From a virus (taxonomy: Duplodnaviria > Heunggongvirae > Uroviricota > Caudoviricetes), in the IMG/VR virus record IMGVR_UViG_2648501165_000010: 7,808 bases of DNA; one strand, given 5' to 3'. The number at the start of each line of letters is the position of its first letter. The stretch's first letter is position 1. The notes beneath the pieces were generated by a model. The model was not told where the DNA came from. It did no database searches and worked only from the letters and a program-made list of their open reading frames with translations. The translations under genes were made by a program, and so were the position numbers. This document shows positions 1 through 5,605 of the stretch, piece after piece.

Positions 1-309
1 CGCTTCACGCGTATCGTGTTTCACATCCTCGATCTCACGTAACGCCGCACGACGACCAGTTTTAAAGTTCGTATCCAGCTGACCGATAATGGTTGCGCTA
101 ATCGCATTAATTTCTGACGTAAACGCGGACAGCGCAGGCTGATTACGCAGTACCTGTTCGATCTTCGCTTTCTAGGAAGCCTCACATTCACCATCTGCAT
201 AGGCCACCAGGTAGGCGGCGTTAATCACCACCTGTGCCAGATCGCGTTTTTCAAACTTTTTAATTTCCGTTGCCGCTCTGCGGGCTTTTTTACCAAAAAT
301 ACCAAACAT
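1..309 (-). CDS. TerB-like late-region protein, 3' partial, interrupted by an in-frame TAG at 172-174
   Basis: ATG at 307-309 with AAGGAA about 8 nt upstream. Reads MFGIFGKKARRAATEIKKFEKRDLAQVVINAAYLVAYADGECEAS (45 codons, 175-309), then TAG, then the same frame stays open for 57 more codons (KAKIEQVLRNQPALSAFTSEINAISATIIGQLDTNFKTGRRAALREIEDVKHDTREA) to the window edge. The AYADGE...EKAKIE pattern resembles the TerB family by recall only. The track ORF start at 456 is an upstream in-frame extension without a better RBS. Confidence 0.5.
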
Positions 310-479
310 CGTGACGTTCCTTTGGGTGGGTGAGCCAACGCCCGGGAGCGATCTGCCCACAGAGAAAGTCACACTGACCACTCCGTAAGCTCCCCCCCGA
401 AAGGCTCTGTGGTTGGTATGCGCCGGGCGTGGCGCGGATACAAAAAAGGTCCGCAAAAGCGAGCGAGGGAAAATAAGTG

Positions 480-556
480 TGGTGCGTTGTACTGGGTTCG
501 AACCAGTGACCGATTGCTTAGAAGGCTGGCGTTCTATCCCGATGAGCTAATGGCGG
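480..556 (-). tRNA. Hybrid tRNA-like element, probable pseudo-tRNA (3' half tRNA-Arg-like with encoded ACCA, 5' half like the 904-979 tRNA-like gene)
   Basis: Reverse complement gives T-arm ACTGG-TTCGAAC-CCAGT, acceptor 3' strand ACAACGC, discriminator A and CCA. The 5' strand CCGCCAT cannot pair with that acceptor, and the anticodon stem CCAGC/GCAAT does not pair. Positions 483-525 are about 90% identical to 817-860. Confidence 0.3.
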
Positions 557-577
557 TTGGTGGCCCTTGCTGGATTT
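557..577 (-). tRNA. 3' terminal fragment of a tRNA-Ile(CAU)-like gene, truncated by the gap
   Basis: Reverse complement ends AAATCCAGCAAGGGCCACCA, the same 3' end as at 981-1010, and runs straight into the N run. Confidence 0.35.
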
Positions 578-652
578 NNNNNNNNNNNNNNNNNNNNNNN
601 NNNNNNNNNNNNNNNNNNNNNNNNNNNNNNNNNNNNNNNNNNNNNNNNNNNN
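578..652. other. Assembly gap (75 N)
   Basis: Run of n characters. Confidence 0.97.
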
Positions 653-779
653 GTAGGATGATAACGTTACGAAATCAATGTTGCAAGAGTTCACAAATTC
701 ACTGATTCAAAATTATTCTTGTAAAAAATCTTTTAACGTCAGGCACAAAGAGCCTGTACATAGATTTGTGTAATTGCCT

Positions 780-789
780 NNNNNNNNNN
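780..789. other. Assembly gap (10 N)
   Basis: Run of n characters. Confidence 0.97.
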
Positions 790-813
790 AAAAGCGAGCC
801 GGGAAAATAAGTG

Positions 814-890
814 TAGCGCGTTGTACTGGAGTCGAACCAGTGACCGATTGCTTAGAAGGCAATTGCTCTGTCCTGCTGAGCTAACAACGC
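814..890 (-). tRNA. tRNA-Arg, anticodon UCU (reads AGA/AGG), phage argO-like; 3' CCA not encoded (GCTA)
   Basis: Perfect cloverleaf on the reverse complement: acceptor GCGTTGT/ACAACGC, D-stem GCTC/GAGC, anticodon stem ATTGC/GCAAT with loop CTTCTAA, T-arm ACTGG-TTCGACT-CCAGT, discriminator G. The three bases after the discriminator are CTA. Confidence 0.7.
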
Positions 891-903
891 AGAATACCGA
901 TAA

Positions 904-979
904 TGGACCACCACCGGGGACTCGAACCTCGCACACTCAACTTAAAGGGTTGACGCTCTTTCCTGATGGCTAGTGGCGG
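904..979 (-). tRNA. Atypical tRNA-like gene with encoded CCA; anticodon loop CCTTTAA (UUU with C33), weak D-arm; possibly degenerate
   Basis: Acceptor CCGCCAC/GTGGTGG pairs with one G-U, T-loop TTCGAGT, anticodon stem TCAAC/GTTGA, discriminator T then CCA. The D-stem does not pair canonically and one T-stem pair is A-C. Confidence 0.35.
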
Positions 980-980
980 T

Positions 981-1010
981 TGGTGGCCCTTGCTGGATTT
1001 GAACCAGCGA
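981..1010 (-). tRNA. 3' part of a tRNA-Ile(CAU)-like gene (ileZ-like); 5' part lost in the gap
   Basis: Reverse complement TCGCTGGTTCAAATCCAGCAAGGGCCACCA matches the T-arm, acceptor and CCA of E. coli minor tRNA-Ile2 by recall. The gap follows at 1011. Confidence 0.45.
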
Positions 1011-1020
1011 NNNNNNNNNN
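1011..1020. other. Assembly gap (10 N)
   Basis: Run of n characters. Confidence 0.97.
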
Positions 1021-1056
1021 TTACGAAATCAATGTTGCAAGCATACAAAAATCACC

Positions 1057-1101
1057 CTTATCTCCTCCACCAGCGCATTCACCATGTCTATCCGAGATAA
1101 G
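1057..1101. repeat. Inverted repeat (8-bp perfect stem CTTATCTC/GAGATAAG, 29-nt loop) between the tR'-like terminator and the tRNA cluster
   Basis: Direct reading of 1057-1064 against 1094-1101. Confidence 0.5.
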
Positions 1102-1107
1102 TGGCAC

Positions 1108-1134
1108 AAAAAAACCCGCTTGTGGGCGGGTTTT
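1108..1134 (-). terminator. Bidirectional intrinsic terminator, tR'-like for the late transcript
   Basis: Stem CCCGC (1115-1119) / GCGGG (1126-1130), flanked by A7 on the plus strand (7 U on the minus transcript) and TTTTGTTT on the other side. Confidence 0.7.
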
Positions 1135-1185
1135 GTTTGCTTTTGCCATCACGTACAAAATCGGCAAAATATCAGATTTGCATGA

Positions 1186-1214
1186 AATATATGCCTTTCA
1201 ATCTACTTTTGCAA
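1186..1214 (-). promoter_or_regulatory. Candidate late promoter (pR'-like) overlapping the stop codon of the Q-like gene
   Basis: Minus strand reads TTGCAA, a 17-nt spacer, then TATATT, about 45-70 nt upstream of the terminator. This geometry matches lambdoid pR'/qut/tR' regions. Confidence 0.4.
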
Positions 1215-1887
1215 CACTTTGCTTTGAAAATGCCGCCTTTTGTTTTGAACGTGTTCTCATTACAAATAATAAAGCCTCACTATCCAGTCGGTGAAAAATG
1301 TGTTTCATTGCAACCCAGTGACGAGTAAATGTTTTGGACCAGTTTTTAGTTGTCACTCCCGCCAGTAATGCCAGCTCCTGATATTCATAACCTTCCCCAC
1401 CAAAAAGTTCTGCTTTTACTGCCTGCGCCGCCAGCCAGATTAATTTTTTCAGGCGTTCCTGCGTTTTCCCAGCAATTTTTCTGGTACCGGATTGAGTATT
1501 AAATTCATTCCACGCCCACTGTGTTATCGCGATCTGATATTCCCAACAAATACTCCCGCTGTAACACCACAACAACCAGGCTTTATGATGTTCTTCAAGA
1601 GACAGAACAGCCCGCCGCCACGATGATGTCGAAAACTCAACCGGACTGACCAGAGGAATTGACGTCACCTTCGCCAGCGATTGCTTTCCCGGGATTGGTG
1701 GATTATCCCGCGTTATCATTTTTCCAGTCACTTCATCGCGGTACCGGATTTTTTTTCGCCTGTAACGCCCTGTATCGAACATGGCATTCTCCTGCCAGGC
1801 TTCAAGCTGACCTTTTGTTGCCCCACTCAAATCAGCGGTGGCGATAATGAGCTGCTCACGCACAAACTGTAAATAGTGGTTATTCAT
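1198..1887 (-). CDS. Putative late-gene antiterminator, Q-family-like (229 aa), assigned mainly by position
   Basis: ORF directly downstream of rusA with an ATGA stop/start overlap and GGAG 6 nt upstream of the ATG at 1885-1887. It is followed by the promoter, terminator and tRNA cluster. The track's start at 1893 is a GTG two codons further upstream. No similarity to lambda Q was recognised. Confidence 0.5.
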   Translation of the reverse strand: MNNHYLQFVREQLIIATADLSGATKGQLEAWQENAMFDTGRYRRKKIRYRDEVTGKMITRDNPPIPGKQSLAKVTSIPLVSPVEFSTSSWRRAVLSLEEHHKAWLLWCYSGSICWEYQIAITQWAWNEFNTQSGTRKIAGKTQERLKKLIWLAAQAVKAELFGGEGYEYQELALLAGVTTKNWSKTFTRHWVAMKHIFHRLDSEALLFVMRTRSKQKAAFSKQSVAKVD

Positions 1888-2249
1888 GCGCACTCCAGTT
1901 CTGTGATTTTTATCCCCAGCCGCCCACCAGGAACGAGCTGACCGCGCACAATATTGATTTCATCAAACTGCTCGTCGTCTATGAGAAGTCCGGCATGCGT
2001 CAGCACATCCAGTGGTGCTTTCAGGATATTGTCCAGGTCACGACGGCGCTTATCCGGTGGCTCTGCAATAATCTTTATCACCAGCCTTCCGGACAGGTTT
2101 AATTTCAGCCGCTGCTGGCGAACAATTAGCGCCACATCACGGCGATAACGCTTTCCGGCTTCCGAGATGAAATACGTATTGCCATGACGTCGCCAGTAGG
2201 TATTCACCGTCGGCGGGTAAGGCAAAACAAATTCTATCCGTTCAGTCAT
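1884..2249 (-). CDS. rusA: Holliday-junction resolvase RusA (121 aa)
   Basis: MTERIEFVLPYPPTVNTYWRRHG...DKRRRDLDNILKAPLDVLTHAGLLIDDEQF...GGRLGIKITE matches the RusA family (catalytic D-x-D-N region) by recall. The start ATG abuts the stop of the upstream gene. Confidence 0.9.
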   Translation of the reverse strand: MTERIEFVLPYPPTVNTYWRRHGNTYFISEAGKRYRRDVALIVRQQRLKLNLSGRLVIKIIAEPPDKRRRDLDNILKAPLDVLTHAGLLIDDEQFDEINIVRGQLVPGGRLGIKITELECA

Positions 2250-2519
2250 TCATGCTTTCCACTTCAGGACACCCGAATTTCTCGCGTGCATTAAAAAACG
2301 AATCAGCAACAACAGCTGGCTGCCGTGTTTTTCTTCAAAATCTTTTACCCCGGCGTGCAGTTCGTTATGACATTTACGGCACAGCGGAATAACAAACAAA
2401 TCATCAGCCTTTGTTCCCATCCCTCCCAGTCCATGACCAATGATGTGATGCGGATCATCTGCCTGATTACCGCACGTCATGCATTTCTGCGTTTTTACCC
2501 AGCGCGTGTATACAGGCAT
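2250..2519 (-). CDS. Small Cys/His zinc-ribbon (HNH-like) protein, paralogous to the C-terminal module of the 2603-3505 gene; YbcO/DUF1364-like by recall
   Basis: MPVYTRWVKTQKCMTCGNQADDPHHIIGHGLGGMGTKADDLFVIPLCRKCHNELHAG... The open frame continues upstream to the gap at 2592 with homology to the ydfU-like internal region (VVSIAVDPESP versus VVSITVDPESP), so the true 5' end may lie in the gap. Confidence 0.5.
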   Translation of the reverse strand: MPVYTRWVKTQKCMTCGNQADDPHHIIGHGLGGMGTKADDLFVIPLCRKCHNELHAGVKDFEEKHGSQLLLLIRFLMHARNSGVLKWKA

Positions 2520-2592
2520 CTCTTCCCGTTGTGGTTTCTGGCGCTGGAGATACTGAGCCGGTGACTCCGGATCAACGGCAATGCTGACCACC

Positions 2593-2602
2593 NNNNNNNN
2601 NN
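2593..2602. other. Assembly gap (10 N) of unknown true length, between two paralogous zinc modules
   Basis: Run of n characters. The reading frame of the conserved domain changes across the gap. Confidence 0.95.
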
Positions 2603-3505
2603 TGCTTTTGTTCCCATTCCGCCCTGCCCGTGACCAATCAGATGATGCGGATCGTCGGCTGGCATACCGCAGCAAGCACACGGCTGTGTCTTAACCCAAC
2701 GTGTGTATTTCTCCTTAACCCAGCGGCGACGTTTAGGCAGCTTCATGAAAGATTCCGGAGACTCTGGATCAACGGTGATGCTTACCACCGTCTTTTCCTG
2801 TGGTGATTTTTGTTGCTGGTGGGCGTAAGGCAACGGTGCAAGATTTTTTGTGCGTTGTTTCAATATGCTGGTGGCGGTCTGCTCTCCCGGTACGATGTCG
2901 CTTTCGCGGTACACCGAGCAGATTTTTTCCGCTGGTAATCCCAGCGAACGACGCGATACAGCCTCAGGTAGTGCATCCACCACCTGATTGCAGACCGCCC
3001 ACCAGGATAATTCAGCCAAAGATAATTCCCGCTCCTGCGTACCGCTTATTGCGTGACGGATGACGTCAATCACCCATGCTGTCAGATTTTGTTGAGCAAG
3101 CAGCTCCAGTGATTCCGATGTCTGGTCACGCAGTTGGTTGTCGCAGTGCCAGCACAACACCATTGCGCCGGTACCATAACGGTGAATGACTGTTTCAGTG
3201 TGATGGTAATCGCCATTAGGCCACTGGCAGGATGTAACATGACGTAATAGCCAGTCGGACAATGCGCCAACGCCGCCAGCAGCACGAATCACCCGTTCGT
3301 TACTAAAAAACGGCAGCAATGTTTTGTCTTCCGCCAGCGGCTGGCGAACGGCAGGAACGACTCCGGATGGCAGATTACGCATGCTTTTTGGTTCCGGTTC
3401 CACCAGCACTCGAGGATTATGAAATATCTGTATGGATTCACGGCCCGGCTTAAGGACCACCAGCCCAAGCTCAGGCACCAGAACAGGTCTAAGTAATACC
3501 CGCAC
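2603..3505 (-). CDS. ydfU: YdfU-like DUF968 prophage protein, 3' end truncated by the gap
   Basis: Long open frame ending in ...WVKTQPCACCGMPADDPHHLIGHGQGGMGTKA at the gap. A GTG start at 3503-3505 with GGAGG just upstream would give about the 349-aa size I recall for K-12 YdfU. Alternative starts are GTG 3544 (track) and ATG 3385. Confidence 0.6.
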
Positions 3506-3506
3506 G

Positions 3507-3785
3507 TTACCTCCAGATCCGTTGCTGGAAAGTGCGGGACGCACGTGGTGGGCGTTCGGAATAAGGCAGCCTGACAGAGATTATCCAGTGCCGATAGTCG
3601 AGACTGAGAGCTTTCTTAACCTCGAACCCGCGCCTGCGGTAAGAATGAATCAGCCATTCGGCCTGTTCTGCAGTGCATGGAGGGTGCTGGAACCATTCAG
3701 ACTTGAATGCGTGAGAATACCGCCCGTGCGTGCAGGCAAGAACGGGCGAATTATCAGAATTGTAATATTTTGCGTTGCGTGCCAT
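3507..3785 (-). CDS. Hypothetical prophage protein (92 aa), no family recognised
   Basis: ATG with GGAG upstream; TAA stop one nucleotide before the proposed ydfU-like GTG; same orientation as its neighbours. Confidence 0.55.
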   Translation of the reverse strand: MARNAKYYNSDNSPVLACTHGRYSHAFKSEWFQHPPCTAEQAEWLIHSYRRRGFEVKKALSLDYRHWIISVRLPYSERPPRASRTFQQRIWR

Positions 3786-3851
3786 CGGTTTTCTCCGGTG
3801 GCACGGTGTTACTCAGCGGGAGTTCAGCCCCGCGCAAGATTGTAGATGAGT

Positions 3852-4103
3852 TTATTCTCCTGAAAAAGCAGAAAAGCCAGCTTTTATTCCGATCTCTTTC
3901 AATGCCTGTAATGAAGTGACAAACTCACCTTCGCGCAAGATAAATCCGTCCGTGACCCGAGCATCCACAAAATTAATTAACGCAGCCCCATTCTTTCGCA
4001 AACACATAATGCGGTAATGACTAACAAGATTTCCATTTTCAACGCACACAGCATAGAGGCCATCTTCACAAAAAATTTTACGCAGTTCTTCGATGTTCAT
4101 CAT
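3852..4103 (-). CDS. rem: Rem-like small prophage protein (83 aa)
   Basis: 83-aa ORF with GGAAGGA SD, at the position and size of K-12 Qin rem (between ydfU and hokD) as I recall it. Confidence 0.65.
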   Translation of the reverse strand: MMNIEELRKIFCEDGLYAVCVENGNLVSHYRIMCLRKNGAALINFVDARVTDGFILREGEFVTSLQALKEIGIKAGFSAFSGE

Positions 4104-4181
4104 CAGAATCCTTCCGGATAATTAGCTCTCCCCTTTAAGGGACCATCCCTCTTATCCCTGCGCGCTACTTAAGTATTTTTG

Positions 4182-4211
4182 ATTCTATTCCGGCGCCGTC
4201 CGGAACTTCAA
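4182..4211 (-). promoter_or_regulatory. Candidate rem promoter with a palindromic spacer (possible operator)
   Basis: Minus strand TTGAAG, 18-nt spacer, TAGAAT. The spacer 4188-4205 is the inverted repeat TTCCGG-N6-CCGGAA. Confidence 0.35.
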
Positions 4212-4225
4212 ACGCGTTGAAAATA

Positions 4226-4249
4226 AAAACAAAAACCCGCCGAAGCGGG
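4226..4249 (-). terminator. Intrinsic terminator ending the relB-relE-hokD transcript
   Basis: Minus strand CCCGC-TTCG-GCGGG followed by TTTTTGTTTTT, about 70 nt after the hokD stop. Confidence 0.7.
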
Positions 4250-4319
4250 TTAAGTGCGGGTGCGTTGAGGATGCCTGACACATCAGAGGTGGCGAGGGAT
4301 TTCTCCCCCGCCGGGTCTC

Positions 4320-4475
4320 TTACTCCTCAGGTTCGTAAGCTGTGAAGACAGCGACCTCCGTCTGGCCGGTTCGGATTCGTACCTCGCAGAGGTCTTTCCT
4401 CGTTACCAGTGCCGTCACAATGACGGTTAAACAGATGACGATCAGAGCGATTAATATCGCCTTTTGCTGCTTCAT
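4320..4475 (-). CDS. hokD: Hok-family membrane toxin HokD (RelF), 51 aa
   Basis: Translation MKQQKAILIALIVICLTVIVTALVTRKDLCEVRIRTGQTEVAVFTAYEPEE with AGGAGAAG SD. The six-frame track misses it because it lists only the antisense ORF. Confidence 0.9.
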   Translation of the reverse strand: MKQQKAILIALIVICLTVIVTALVTRKDLCEVRIRTGQTEVAVFTAYEPEE

Positions 4476-4546
4476 AGCCTGCTTCTCCTGTCAACGCAAA
4501 GCAGAAGTGTCACCTTCGGTGCGAAACAGAGATGTCATGCTTTGGT

Positions 4547-4834
4547 TCAGAGAATGCGTTTGACCGCCTCGCTATATACTTCCGAGCGTTCTCTTTTCCC
4601 AACAGAAATCACGAAAACGACAACTTTCTCGTCTATAACCTGGTATACAAGGCGATAGCCTGAAGACCGGAGCTTAATCTTGTAACAATCAGGCATACCA
4701 CGGAGCTTGTTTGCTTCAATCCGGGGTGACTCAAGTACTTCAACCAGCTTCTTTTTCAACTGTTCACGTACCGTCGAGCCCAGCTTTCGCCATTCCTTTA
4801 GTGCCCGCTCGTCAAAATCCAGAAAATACGCCAT
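4547..4834 (-). CDS. relE: mRNA interferase toxin RelE (95 aa)
   Basis: MAYFLDFDERALKEWRKLG...VISVGKRERSEVYSEAVKRIL is essentially the K-12 RelE sequence by recall. The start overlaps the relB stop. Confidence 0.95.
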   Translation of the reverse strand: MAYFLDFDERALKEWRKLGSTVREQLKKKLVEVLESPRIEANKLRGMPDCYKIKLRSSGYRLVYQVIDEKVVVFVISVGKRERSEVYSEAVKRIL

Positions 4835-5073
4835 CAGAGTTCATCCAGCGTCACACGTACTGGCTTAGGATTACGAAGCCGTTCTTTCACTATCTCCACA
4901 AGTTCAGCATCTTCATCACTCAGGAGTGTCTGTTTGAACGGCAAGCGTTCATTGTCAGCGATATACTCGAGCATGAGACGAAGCGCTTCAGAAGGAGTTA
5001 CACCCATTTTTTCAAGCGCGGCGTAAGAACGCGCTTTAAGTTCATCGTCAATACGCAGGTTAATGCTACCCAT
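4834..5073 (-). CDS. relB: Antitoxin RelB (79 aa)
   Basis: MGSINLRIDDELKARSYA...RNPKPVRVTLDEL matches K-12 RelB by recall. Confidence 0.95.
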   Translation of the reverse strand: MGSINLRIDDELKARSYAALEKMGVTPSEALRLMLEYIADNERLPFKQTLLSDEDAELVEIVKERLRNPKPVRVTLDEL

Positions 5074-5084
5074 GTCTTACACCT

Positions 5085-5137
5085 CTTGTAATTACAAATG
5101 TCATTACAAGTATCGCACTACAACATGCTTAGGGCAA
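5085..5137 (-). promoter_or_regulatory. relBE promoter and relO-type palindromic operator
   Basis: Minus strand TTGCCC, 17-nt spacer, GATACT, followed by the near-palindrome CTTGTAATGACATTTGTAATTACAAG (5085-5110), AGAGGTG SD, and the relB ATG. Confidence 0.7.
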
Positions 5138-5403
5138 GTCACGAAGGAAGTCAGAAAGTAGTCGTAAGAACGGTGATCACTGTCCGCTTTGTGCCAGGAG
5201 CAGCCATTGCTAAGTCCATCCTGTATTGTGCAGGTCAGCTCGTTTTTAAAGAGTCCGGCCATCATCTTACTGGTACAGACACCATATACTTTGTGACGGT
5301 CAGGCTACATATGCACAACTCAACTTATTCATCTATTTTTTGCTTTAGCATGTCAGTGTTGCTTTCTCGTCGGCGGGTGAGCGGTGACCTGACCTGTCGA
5401 TAA
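5098..5403 (+). CDS. ydfV: YdfV-like ORF (101 aa), doubtful as a real gene
   Basis: Position and length match the ydfV ORF annotated in K-12 Qin as I recall it. The ATG lies inside the relO palindrome and has no SD. Confidence 0.3.
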   Translation: MSLQVSHYNMLRASHEGSQKVVVRTVITVRFVPGAAIAKSILYCAGQLVFKESGHHLTGTDTIYFVTVRLHMHNSTYSSIFCFSMSVLLSRRRVSGDLTCR

Positions 5404-5555
5404 AGGAACGTAACACGTTTTATGCAACACCCGCATGCGGCAGAAAATTATTGCCGAACGTTTACCCCTGTCAACAAGCTTTACTTTCTGAGGCGCGCCA
5501 GCCCGCGAGGAAAACAATCTGAACATCAAACAATTAATGACACAAGAAATACGAT

Positions 5556-5582
5556 TAAAGATTTTTTTGTGCATGCCGATAG
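5556..5582 (+). promoter_or_regulatory. Sigma-28 (FliA) class-3 flagellar promoter for flxA
   Basis: TAAAGATT, 11-nt spacer, GCCGATAG against the consensus TAAAGTTT-N11-GCCGATAA, 24 nt upstream of the flxA ATG. Confidence 0.7.
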
Positions 5583-5605
5583 TGCTTTTTTAAAAGGAGA
5601 AATCT

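Noticed and set aside
904-979. Possibility that the atypical tRNA is a nonsense suppressor rescuing the TAG at 172-174
   Set aside because: The anticodon loop reads CCTTTAA (UUU). No register gives CUA, and C33 plus the weak D-arm suggest a degenerate gene. Kept only as a check under the amber-codon finding.
409-1328. Track ORFs 409-705, 739-936, 980-1294 and 1101-1328 over the tRNA and terminator region
   Set aside because: They run through N-gaps, tRNA genes and the terminator, and their translations contain X runs; artefacts of open frames in non-coding DNA.
3816-3835. Hairpin GCGGG-N8-CCCGC between the 92-aa gene and rem
   Set aside because: No U-tract on either strand, so not an intrinsic terminator; possibly an RNA stability element, not supportable further.
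3432-3919. Plus-strand ORFs 3432-3845 and 3707-3919
   Set aside because: Antisense to the minus-strand gene series (ydfU-like, 92-aa gene, rem), which carries the RBSs and translational coupling.
4421-4457. Sok-like antisense promoter opposite the hokD leader
   Set aside because: Only a TAATAT -10-like hexamer is present; no acceptable -35 at 16-19 bp spacing.
4342-4563. 73-aa plus-strand ORF from the six-frame track
   Set aside because: It is antisense to hokD, whose 51-aa Hok-family translation is unambiguous on the minus strand. No RBS.
4711-5091. 126-aa plus-strand ORF
   Set aside because: Antisense to relE and relB, which match the known proteins; a shadow ORF.
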